DNA from: Amphiscolops sp. MND2022
Taxonomy: Eukaryota
Length of the DNA stretch: 64,000 nt
Reading direction: 5' to 3'
Assembly: GCA_964187785.1 (NCBI GenBank)
Contig: OZ076409.1
Span: 8,434,001 to 8,498,000 of the forward strand
In this document: in pieces, positions 12,120 through 23,341 of the stretch
Layout: each line of letters opens with the position of its first letter
Numbering within the stretch: position 1 is the first letter of the stretch
Notes under the pieces: model-generated
What the model was told of the DNA's origin: nothing
Databases searched by the model: none
What the model saw: the letters and a program-made list of their open reading frames with translations, nothing else
Position numbers and translations under genes: made by a program

Positions 12120-14186
12120 TGTTAAAACTGAAAATTAACCAATCACAGTGCAGTATAGCTAGTATTATCTCTCAGCAATACATTATTTGGCCGGTTATGG
12201 CCGCTTGCCTTAATCTAACTACTATGCTCGCACACGCTGGTCCAATGGCCGGTTCCGGCCTATTTAGCTTTCATCAAGTATTATGTGCTATTTAATCAGT
12301 AGTGCTGTGTATTTTCTTGGAAAGTACTTGAAACTGTCTTAATACGTCAGATGCAATGATTAAAGGTGTTAGGAGAAGAATTGCTAATTGTTTTAATTAT
12401 AGTTGCTATTGATAAAATCCTGTACCAGAAACGTCACTTGAGCACGCGGCCTTGTCCAATCAAATTACTCCATTTGCTACGCAGTTAATACTTCCATTCA
12501 TTAATGGCCGAATAAGGCTTGTGGACATAACTTCGCTGCTTTTAATAAATATTCAGTCAAACGGCCGGTTCCGGCCATTTCACATAAAGCGCAATTGTGA
12601 TGCTAATTGTTCTCACACTTAACCAGGATTCACGTGCTTGTACTCTTAGGCTAAATAACCCCTCTAGTGCAGTATTACCTAACTATATCCCAAACTTAGC
12701 TCTTTCAGACGGTTAAGGCCGTTTGACCAGTATTTAATATTGATTACTTAGTACGGGGCAATTAGTCTATTCAGGCCAGATTGTGTAAAGCGCTGTACAC
12801 ATTTTTGATTGATTGGCCGTATATGGCCACTTGACATTATATTAGATTGGTAATGCAGGACAAAATGCAAATGGCCGGTTTAGGCCATTTTGCTTATTAT
12901 CATTAGAGATGCTTTTAAGCATGAATGAGTTTGTTTTACAGTCATGTAAGATTATATTTATATACTTGAAGATGTTAATGAGCTTTCTAAATCCAATTAG
13001 TGCTATAATAACGACCAGTAGTAGCAATCCGAATACCCGTCACCTGTCCTATTCCGGCCTTCGCTAATGGCCAGTTTCCAAGTCCAATGGCCGTATCGGG
13101 CCATATTACTATACTATGTTCATTTCTATTGCATGAAACTGTGTCTTTGTTTTGTTGATTCTACGCACGTGTGTAGGCACGTGTCGCTAAATAGTTTTCA
13201 TTCCTCTCACTGTAAACAATTTGAAAGTATTAGTTTTGATGTTTGGTCAAAGTGTTGTTTGCCTAATATAATAAAGCTAAATTCCTCCGCTCCCCTTTGA
13301 TGATAGTATTTGCAGTTAGAAAATGCATTTGAGTGCATTCCATATTTTATGTAAACTTTAAATGATGTTGCTGCGAATGAACTAGGTATGAATGTCCTTT
13401 GACCCTAACGGGACAAATTCCTAAAGTGCTTTGATGTAGTTGGCGCCGCTAAAAACGGATGGATGTTAGTGGTCACCCGCCATAGTCATGTGCCCTTTAT
13501 GGAATCTGTAAATAGATTGTTATGCAAAGAATTTGAGTGTCACCCTCTCAGGGGTATATATTTTAGTATTTTTCCCAAGAGGGACACAATTGTATTTTGC
13601 TTCTCCAAGTTTAGTTTGACATACCTGTTTACGATACAACGTACAAAATCCTAATTTCCGAACAAGATAATTCACTATTTTCGCTCGGACTTTCTTCAAT
13701 GCATATTCAAAGAAAGAGGAGAAAGCTTAGACAGGAATCTTGCTAGAAGGCCCGAAAATGCCATTAGCAATAACTTTGGAAATGACGATGAAAACATGTA
13801 CTCAAGTCTACGAGTTGTCAGTACAGGGATAAATGCCGATTACGGCCAGAATTCAGTCGGGACTAGTTCTAATGCTGAGATTAACAGGTTGTTGAGCGAG
13901 TTGAACTCGAGGTTATCTAGAGAAGTAGATGGGATGATGAGTAGTGTCAATGCCCAGATCCACAGGGCATTTAGTGATGCAATTGATAGTCAAATATTGC
14001 CTCAGATTCAAACTGCCCTATATTCCGGATCGGGCCATTTGACACAAAATAGATGGAACGTTCCGTCCGAGAGACCGGAAATCAATCCCGAAGAAAACTG
14101 CTCTAATAAAACTAGGAAAAACTCAAGAAGTGAGCAATTCCGTGATCGTCCAATTGACGGAACCACAAATGCTAGTGCTTACGACA
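12031..14186 (+). repeat. Element B 3' LTR
   Basis: About 99.7% identical to 3972-6127; followed by the ATGGC TSD. Confidence 0.96.
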
Positions 14187-14191
14187 ATGGC

Positions 14192-15198
14192 ACAAATATT
14201 TACCATTAGCTGTGCTTAACTATAACACTACTTATCACGCTAGTATTGGTTGTGAGCCTAGCAAAGTCTTTCATGGCCGAATTCCCTATAACGTCCTGGA
14301 TCACAAATTAGGGAATAATCCTAACAAAAATTTCCTACCGACGACTGAATTCGCGGAAGAATTGCAGCAGAGGACGCAAATCCTCATTGATCAAACCAAA
14401 AGGAACATTATGCAGTCGTATTTAAAGTACAAGGAGTACTACGACCGCAAGGCCAAAGCAGCTCCGCTACAAGAGAAAGACTACTGTTTTGTTCTTCAAC
14501 CGAAAGCGGATAGTCAAGGCTCTAAGATACCATTTAGGGACTTCCGATGGATTGGTCCCTTTGTCGTTCAAAAAACCTTACCAAATAACAATTACATAGT
14601 GCGTCGTTTAAATACGAATAAAACGCAGATCTTGCACAGGATCAGGCTCAAAAAATTTGTTCCAAATACCCCATTAGAGGACAACTACAAAGAAGAGAAA
14701 TTACAGCCTGATGAAGAAATAATAATACCGCAAGATGATTTGTATACCATTTCATGGGAAGCGGACTTTGAGTACGAGCTGTTTGAGCAGAAGAAAAATG
14801 ATTGGCCAGACACGGCCATGCGTCTGCCGCAAGACGCCACAAACAACGAAGTCGACTATTACGTCACCGAGAATGAAAGCAGCAGCGCAACCGAAAGTGA
14901 GCGCAGCAGCGAAAGAATGAATGATAATGACGTCAACACGAATGAAGTACGGCCGAGATCGGCCAGCAACCGTGACGCGTCGTCCCCGCTGAGCGAAACG
15001 CCACGTGGGACGGAAAATCAAAATGACGTCACAAATGATTTAGAGAATGCGGAAATTGCTTCAGAAAGGGGCGTAGATATTACCGTGCCCGGAATATCGG
15101 AAAAAGGAAAAAATGAAGAAAATTCTAGCCCTAGAGGAGGGAAATATAATCTTCGACCTAACCCCACCCCCAACTTCACTGATGAATACAGATACTAG
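14192..15198 (+). CDS. pol: Element A Pol, C-terminal part (integrase end, GPY/F motif, acidic tail)
   Basis: Removing element B and one ATGGC copy restores the frame RRQW-HKYLPLAVLNYNTTYH; WIGPF motif; ends YNLRPNPTPNFTDEYRY*. Confidence 0.93.
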
Positions 15199-15423
15199 TC
15201 AGACATGTAAATTAAAGTCACATAAGTCTCTTGGACTAAATTAATATTTTTTACTGGGACTACTCTGACTCTGAACTTTTCAAATAAATACAATAAAAAA
15301 CAATAAAAGAGACCCAATGGTCAACAAGCAATCCACAAAACGCTTCAACAAATAAAAGGAAGATCAGTTGGTTCACGTTAAATACAAAATAACAGACTAA
15401 AGAACAAAAGTACATATGTACAT

Positions 15424-18400
15424 TTAAGATTTAGTGGCCTTCTGTCCAGCTTCTTGACCGTCTGTGGTATCCTTCACAGCATTGGAGCCATCAAAAGAAA
15501 CTTTCTTTTTTACTTTCCTAGGAGAAGATTTACGCCGACCACCTGCAGCAGGAGAATTAGAACGCGAACCAGTCTTACTCGAGGAAGCTGACCTCGGCAC
15601 TCGGACCACAGATTCGTAAGCGGCATGGAGAGTCTTATAAAAATCAGCTCGCCCAAAAGTGTCGACGTGGACCCAAGGGTCACCAGCCACATTGCCAGAA
15701 TTGAATTGCTGCTCAACCTCACGATATTTACACAAAGAGACATCGTTAGTGCAAACCGAGATGGCGTCAGGGGCTCGTGCTAGGAAAGACTGAGCAGGAA
15801 GCAACACGTCACCCAATCTACACCGAGGACTCTGTGCGTCAACATCCTGGAAACGAATAGTTGGAAGCAAAGGAGTGTCCTCTGTCAAGCACAAGCAGCA
15901 CAATCGAAATAAACGATACAAATGAGGTCGACTTCGGAGCTCAGTCATATTTGACAACAATTCCAGCATATCAGTAAAACCATCAGGCGAATCTTCCAGG
16001 GTAGCATACTTTTCGCGAAATAAGTCGACAAATTCGAGGTACTCGTCCCGACAGTCGTCTTCCAACGAGGATCCTTCCAACCATCCACGGAGATTGAAGC
16101 TGTTATACAGTGCCCGGTAACAATAGGTCGCCTGGTCTCGAGGCAGACTCAAGAGGATGTGCGGGTCAAAACTGGCCATTCCCTTCACAATCTCAGCATT
16201 GATGCTGTGATGCGCTAGCAGCTTCTCAAGAAGGTAGACGACGTAACCCCTTGCTTTTCCAGCGAACTTCTCCTTGCATTCCTCAACGAGTTTGGGGAAA
16301 TTGGGTATTGGCCCTTCCTTGTCACTGTAGTCCCGCTTGACCTTAGAATTAGCAGCTCCATCTAGATCTTCTTTCAATTTCAAGCGGTGAAGAAAGTCCC
16401 TGGAGGAGAGTTGTCGCAATTCAGCAGTTCGCAGAATGGGAAATTGAGTCCAATCAGTTTCGCTAGGATGGTGCTTGGGGAGCAAAGAGCGATAGCATAG
16501 CTTGCGGGCAAAATTGTTCAACTGCCCAAAGGTGAAGAAACCAGCGTCCCTGTATCCAACTAGACTTCTCTCAAAGCAACGAATATCTAAACAGAGAAAT
16601 GGACCTCTGAGCACAAAGCCTTACCCAGTGAGTCCCTGCAAAGAAACTACGTGAACGATCACGAGTAAATTCCCTCTGAAACAAAAGCAATACTCACAAT
16701 CATAGATGATCTTTCCAAAGAATTCCAACTTGACTAAGAAGAAGTCATCGGTGATGATAGTCCACTCAAGACTCTGCGGCTAAAAGGGAACTCAAGCAAT
16801 TAATGGATAGTGATCCTGGGGTCGTACGTCATGAGGAGAAAACCAAAACAGGTACAAGGAAAATTGAAACCTTATTTTTAACTCCTCGCATTTCGTAGCC
16901 AGGGGCAAGTCTAGTCAGGTGGTCAAGAAGAGGCTGCCAGTTGCTGATCAGTTCAGTACAAATAGTCGGAATGCACCGTATCTTCAAGTCGAAGTTGATT
17001 ATAGCCTAAAAGGAACACTCTGTGCTGTGAGATGCACAAACAATGTGCAAACATGTGAGTCCAGCAATATTAATTCAAACCTTGGTCAGTTCTGGGCAAG
17101 AAGACATCCAAGGCTCATCTAGACTGTTGTTGAGGAAGGCCAGAAGGTACTTCAGCTGTGTGAAGAAGTCAATTCGTCCAAACACGCTCCCTTCAAGCTG
17201 ATGCATTAGCTTGGGAAGAGAAAAGGCATTGAAGCGGAATGGGTACTCGATGCCCTTCTTGAACAGCCCGGAACGCTCAACTGATCGCAACACCTCAGAA
17301 GTACAACCAGATAGACAGGCAATTTGTGGTAGCGTGGAAAGAAAGGACAGTAGGCGTGAAATCATCAGCAACTGACTGGGGCCCGGGTCCGAAGGCAGAG
17401 GGTACTTACACAATTGAACCTTGGCCAGGGTACTCGCCTTCCAGTATCTGATTGAAAGGATGCACTGATTTCCGTGTGGTTCAAACTCCAGAGAGTATGC
17501 GCCGCAGGAATTCACGGACTGGGCTATATCCTCCATTCCGCGCAAAAAGACGTGGTGAAACATGGCCTAGAACAAAACGAAATCACCAAAAATTGGAAAG
17601 GCCAAACTATGGCTCAACGGACTTAGCGGATTAAGGTACACCTTCAAAAATCATACGCTTGGTGGTCCTAACTTGTAGAAAGAATGAAAAGACTTACAGT
17701 GAGCGTGAGCGAACTCCAATCAAGCTGTCGGAAAGAGTCTTGATGATTGGTGAAATTCCCAACCTCGGCCCACAGTCTCTCCAGTATAGTCAAATTGCCG
17801 AAATGTGGGACCGCTCGTCCAATCAAAGAAAGTTGAGTACCCAGTCTCAAATCTTCAGGGCATGCAATTCCCCCAGCACTGGCCATATAGTCGTCGTAAA
17901 AGGGAAATCTAGGGCCAATATCCACTAATGGAGCCGATTCGAAACGTGGCTTCTCCTTCTCTAGTTCTAGAGCGGAAAGGAGATGTCCGTCCTTCCCTCT
18001 AACTGCATGGACGGTCTGTCCACTGATTTTGTCCACCCTACTAAGGTGTTCGTAGCGCCATCGTTGGTCTTTGCGCAGATGGGTCTCACTCTGGTAGTGT
18101 CTCACGATTTCTCTGGCCCCTTTGGAATAGATCGACACGTTCGCCTTGCAAATTTGGCAGTAGAATTTGTGCTTGTTATGCACAGGATCTAGTGGTCCAG
18201 TTACGAAAACTTTGGTCCACTGAATACTTTTGAAATAGGCAGCCTTCATGACTTTGCCAGGTCTGCCTACGTACCTCCGCTTCTTGCGTGGCGGACTGCC
18301 TCCAGGTCGTCGTGGTTGGTCTTCTACCCGTATGGCACTTAGAGGTTGATAGTCCCCCTCACTGTAGCCTGGACTAGGGACTGTGGTATGGCTGGTACTA

Positions 18401-19428
18401 GGAGTCCTGTCCATCTCTTCATCGGAAGTATTTGGGTAGCCAGAACGTTCTCTTGGTAGTGGCGTCCCACAGCGTGGCCTGGCTGCAACAACGAGCTCAT
18501 CATCAGAGGTGAGGGCTCCGCTCGTATAATCATCTGTCATTCCTCCCTCACTTTCTGTATCAGCACCTGAGCTATTGGGACCGCCTCGTGTAGGGACCAC
18601 GCCTCGAACCATTGATTTCCGGAACTATCCAGGAGTTTGTTTTCCTGCCCCATAAACAGCATGTAGGACAAGGGAGCGCATGGCATGGATGGATGATTTC
18701 ACAGTTTCATCCGATATGGTTTTGAGGACGGCATGTATTTGCGGCTCACTGAATGAAACAGTACTGTGACCTTTGGGCAATTCAATTGGGGCAGATGAGG
18801 AAAAGTGTTTCCTTAAAACAGCCTGTCCATTAGCCGAAAATCGTTCTGATAATTTCACCTCTCGGGACCCAGACTTTGCGACTCCAGACGTAGCACCATC
18901 TGTATCTTGTCCGGCAGCACCTTCGGTTGCAGATGGTAATTCGGAACAGGTAACGCTTGAGGTAGGCCGTTTACGTGTTCCTTCCGTACCCATCTCGTCA
19001 AGCAGCTCGCCAGCCTCGCTAGTATCAGTGGCAAAGTACTCCTTGCTCTTGTCTCGTGACTCAATGTAGCTGCCAGTCTCTTTAGAGGCCCCTGGTTGCA
19101 TTCCGTCGAGTGAGAAGGCTTCCTTTCCTAGACGTTCAAAACCTATCGACTGAGAAACCTTTATGGGCCCTGCTGTTCCATCTTCAGGTTGTGCCGGTGC
19201 CGGGAGAAATGAAATATCCAGAGAAGGATTATCACTAGCCAGTGTTCGTAAAGTTTTCTCCGCATATGTGGTTTTGCTCTCTTCAGTGTTTCCACTACTG
19301 GATGACTGGTTGGAGTCAGGACGCGTTATCACTACTGGCTCCTTTGGTGCTGTATTGGTCTCTTCGGCAACCCCAGGATTCTCTGATGTTGGAAGAATTG
19401 TGTTGGTGACTTGTTCTTCAGACGCCAT
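15424..19428 (-). CDS. Antisense spliced accessory gene of element A; BED-type zinc finger, hAT-transposase-like, apparently non-catalytic (about 1198 codons, one internal TAG)
   Basis: Exons 19428-17698, 17566-17081, 17005-16871, 16779-16698 and 16586-15424 join by GT-AG introns (131, 75, 91, 111 nt) with matching phases; finger FYCQIC...GAREIVRHYQSETH. Confidence 0.8.
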
Positions 19429-20638
19429 GTCTAAATAGAAAGAAATGAATTCAAGCGGCAAGCTTCCTGAGTTAAAATCCATTAGCCGCGTTAAAAAATC
19501 TTCCGGAAGTAGATTAAATTGAACACTTGTGAACACTTGTGTTACGTGGACAGGAAGTACTTGAACGAAAAGAGTGCCCTGATCAAGCCTCAAATTAGTT
19601 CAAAAATCTAGCCTAGCTAATGAAAATGTATGAAGAACAACTGACCTGTTAGTATTCCAATGCGGGGGAGTTGGTAAGTGATATTTGTGACAGTAGGTCG
19701 TGCCGAACTGACAGCTAAATGGGGACGTCCAAAGTTGGGACTGGATGTCGATTTTCCGGGAGAAGCTGAGGAAACCCACGGGGATGAGGACGAATGGACA
19801 CTGAGTCCTGTGTTGAAGACGAGTGGAAAATATAAATAAAAATGACTCAAAGACTAAATAATTGGCTAAATATACGTTGAGTAAATACGTTGGTGATTAA
19901 ATACTGGATAATACGAGAAGTGAATAGTACAACTAAATGATAAAGAATTGAAAGAAGAATTGGCGATGTGACAAGATGTCAAGATTGGAGTTCGTGGCTA
20001 TACAGTTTGGTGTCCAATTTATAAGTATTTACAATTTATGGTAATACGTGGATAAAGTCTGCCAGCGATATCTACACTTTCCATTTATTTCGAAAACTTC
20101 GTTATTTTACAAAATTATTTCATTATTTTATGTTATTTTATTTTATTTTATTTTCAAGGTCATTTTATATCATTCCTTATATGGATTCACGACCTTGAGA
20201 GGCCATTTTAACTTGGGAGAAATTTTGCTGCAATCTTATTGGTTGATCATATTGATGAAGGCCGGCGTGGCTGACTGCCATAACTTTACCTCCTTGAGTC
20301 TCTCAAGTACCTGATGAGTGTTAATAAACACTTGAGGTAACTCTCCCAACTTAGAAGTATTAGCCTAGCTGATGATAGTCAATAAAACTGATGTCGGCAA
20401 TTACAAAGTGTCTTGGCGACATGATAAAAGAACTAGAGAAGCGGAATCTGTTATTGAAGAATTACTTGCCGGGAAATGTGAAAACCCGGGAAAGGAGAAA
20501 CGAAGAGACTCGCAGTCGAAGGAAACTGAGATCGCCATAATCTCAATTTCTCTGCTAAAAATCAGTTGATTTCAACAACACCTAAATTCCAATAGGAAAA
20601 TAATCAAAATTGCAAAGAAAATCATCAAAATCCGAGCT

Positions 20639-21452
20639 ATGTCAGACATCTCCGAGACTTTCCCGATGGACTTCATCGGAGCAGCAAGATCAGAAGGGGA
20701 ACCGGCAATCATATACATCTCTAGTGACGAAGAGGAAGGACTCGAATTGTGGGTGGTCTGTGGATGACTTGTACTTGTCGTCCGAAGACGAATCAGACGA
20801 GATTAGGCTCATGGCCAAATGCATTGAGAGACAACTTGCAGAGCCCATATCAATTCCTTCAACCTCAGCCGGTCAGACGCAGAAAAGACCTGTGACGCCC
20901 AGGCCAAATGTGCCACCATTTCCTACCTTTGGGGAGAAGTACTTCGACTTGGCAAAGGGAAATGGGCCTGTAAGTCGGGACAACAGGATCAAATCTAATC
21001 ACCCCATAAATATCTGCCGAAATCTAGTACCGCAAGTGGACACCCCGCTATCTCCGCCTGAACAGGACAGAGGACTTCAATACCTATGTGAACCTCATGA
21101 CGACTCACCATCCCCCATGAACACGTCAATGGAAGCGGTGGCAAGCCATTTCGACGAGATGGTCCTTGCCGAGCCACCCTCCTTAGTCAACTACTCAGAC
21201 TGCGTAGTATGCGGGAAATCAGTCAAACAAATTCAAGAAGAGACCGTCAACGAATACCTGGACAGAACAGTAACTGTAGGAGAGACTTTAGCTGAGACTC
21301 AGGCAAGGAGGAGGGCATTCCTAGATGGCATGAACGCAAACGCTTTTCTACTTATGCCAGGGGGAGTGTCGCGGGCTGCCGCCTGCGACGGCAATTGGTA
21401 CTCAGTCGGATACAACTACAATACTCTCCCTGGTACCCTCCCAATGAACTGA
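20639..21452 (+). CDS. Element A 3' accessory ORF3 (unknown protein; one frameshift near 20738) overlapping the PPT and U3
   Basis: Homologous to B 11322-12119; last about 28 codons lie inside the LTR and are also conserved in solo LTR 44612-46135. Confidence 0.75.
21359..21366 (+). promoter_or_regulatory. Polypurine tract of element A
   Basis: AGGGGGAG directly 5' of the LTR-initial TG. Confidence 0.7.
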
Positions 21453-23115
21453 GGAATGGACTATTAGTCCATAAGTCTAAGAAGACAAACTACAAACTTA
21501 TCTTATTATGATTGATTTCGCATATGTTTATATAAGTATATCATTTTATTCGGGGGTTTTATATTAATGAAATTTGAAATGCTTTGGAATAATTATCCGG
21601 AATTAGCCATGTAAAGTATGTAGTTGAAAGTTGAATATAGTGTATCAATACATGTATAACAGTGATAGATATATACCACGGTTGAGAATTTGGACACCAA
21701 GGCGTACAGGTAAAGGAAACGAGTTCAAATGTTTCCTTTCCTGTCTCGCTAGACGCGCTGTCCGTCCAATTTCTCAACCAATCACAGTGCATTGTTCATT
21801 TAGTCGCTTATTCACTCCTGTGCTGTATTCTAAATTAAAGGACTCAAGGGCCACACGCCACCACAACGACGCTACTTTTGTATTAAATAAAGGCGCGTGG
21901 ACACTGAGTCCAAAGTAGAATAAAAGAAGTGCGTATATTGAAATTGATAATGTACTATCTCAGAAGCGGTATATTTACTCTGATTGGAGATCTGTCACCT
22001 TGATTACAAAAGGACCATTAGTCCTTTCCCCCCCTTTTTTGTGTTCTCTTATTTTCCAGAACTTCCTGGATAGAAAGCCAAAACGAGCTGTTTGTATCTT
22101 AAGAAGCCACAAAGGACAGCTCAATGTTCACACACCATCTTTGCATGTATTTATTTCATATGATTTAGCATGTATTGTTTTACATGAAGTGTTGCTACTG
22201 AAACTCAATTGGATGGCCTGAAGGGGCACATGTACATCTTTGAATGTAACTACTTCATATATGTAGAAGCACGTAAATTAATTACGTCATGGTTGTTGTA
22301 TTTTTAGTATTACGATAATATACTTGTAAAGACACGTTGTATGTTGTGTCTATTTTTAGAATACCTGTTACTAAAATTAGACTGATGACTACCACTATTA
22401 TGCATGTCATGTTTGGTTGATTATAAATAACCGGGACCCGTGGTCCCGGGGACATAATCTTCCTATGACAAGTCACAGTCAGTTCGCTGTTAAAATACCG
22501 AATACAATACTGTTTGCAAGCTTAAAGATTCCAATTCAAATTCTTTCCTCTTGCAACAATCTCTTATGCCTTCTACGAGACGTCAAAAGGCGAAAGCTAG
22601 GAAATCTAGAGAAATGGACATGCTGTCCGACATAGAAAATATGGACGTGATGCTAGGCAATGCGAATAATAACCCCATAGAAAGGGAATTAGTCGATGCC
22701 ATTGAACAATCATCAGTACAAGGAGATATTGAGACGAGTGAATACCTGGAGAATCAGTATACTAATTTTCCTCATGAAAATAATCTTCCTAGACAAGATG
22801 ACATAAGGCAATCCCTTGAGACCTTTTCAAACGAGTTCAACCTTAGACTGGCACAGGAAATGGATTCAATGATGTCTATGGTGCATAGTCAGATAAACAG
22901 GGCGATTAGCAATGCTATCTCTGAGAGAGTCATTCCTGAAATCCAGAACATTGTGAGTTCTATGTCTTCCACAGGAAATAGGGACACTGAGGCTAGTGTT
23001 TCCCCGAATAGCCAGGAAAACAGGGAATGTTCATCCGGGTTTAAATCAAAATTTGCAAAGAAGGACTCACAGTCTGCATGTGATTTAAGAGACATTGCAG
23101 GTCGTAGTCATTACA
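21367..23115 (+). repeat. Element A 3' LTR (about 1.75 kb), containing the gag N-terminal coding region from ATG 22566
   Basis: Starts like the B LTRs (TGTCGCGGGCTGCCGCCTGC); ends TTACA at the point homologous to the end of solo LTR 44612-46135. Confidence 0.88.
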
Positions 23116-23341
23116 ATGTCTGCATCCTGCGAAATTCTAGATCTCTGTTCGTCTGTCTTCTTGCTGAAGGCATGTTGAGAATAGTGTTTTTATCTGAACA
23201 AAACTATTGTAATGCCCTAAAGCGTTGAAACATATAAAAATTGGCATAGGAAGACAGAGGAAGTGTTCTGGGAAAGATGTGATTAAAATTGATGTCTTCT
23301 GAATTAATGAGAGGTTTCTACACTGGTATGTGCATTACAAC

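Larger units (their letters stand above)
3972..14186 (+). mobile_element. Ty3/Gypsy LTR retrotransposon, element B; internally deleted relative of A, nested in A's integrase
   Basis: Two 2156-bp LTRs TGTCG...CGACA; 5-bp TSD ATGGC (3967-3971 and 14187-14191); PBS; gag, pol and accessory-gene remnants. Confidence 0.96.
1..23115 (+). mobile_element. Ty3/Gypsy LTR retrotransposon, element A (5' LTR and gag outside the window; interrupted by element B)
   Basis: pol domain order PR-RT-RH-IN; accessory ORFs after pol; PPT AGGGGGAG abutting the 3' LTR (TGTCGCGGG at 21367 to CATTACA at 23115). Confidence 0.93.

Noticed and set aside
12031..14186. 2.1-kb duplication as an assembly artefact
   Set aside because: TG...CA ends, PBS, exact TSD, several substitutions and the restored pol frame all indicate a true LTR pair
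16587..16697. Alternative acceptor TTTGCAG at 16636
   Set aside because: Splicing there leads to an early stop; the TTTAG at 16587 keeps the frame (YD-Y-IRCFE)
15424..19428. Antisense gene as an independent hAT transposon inserted into A
   Set aside because: No TIRs or 8-bp TSD seen, catalytic motifs appear absent, and a homologous remnant with matching flanks occupies the same site in B
20639..21452. ORF3 as an env gene
   Set aside because: No evident signal peptide, furin site or transmembrane helix; acidic and Pro-rich composition
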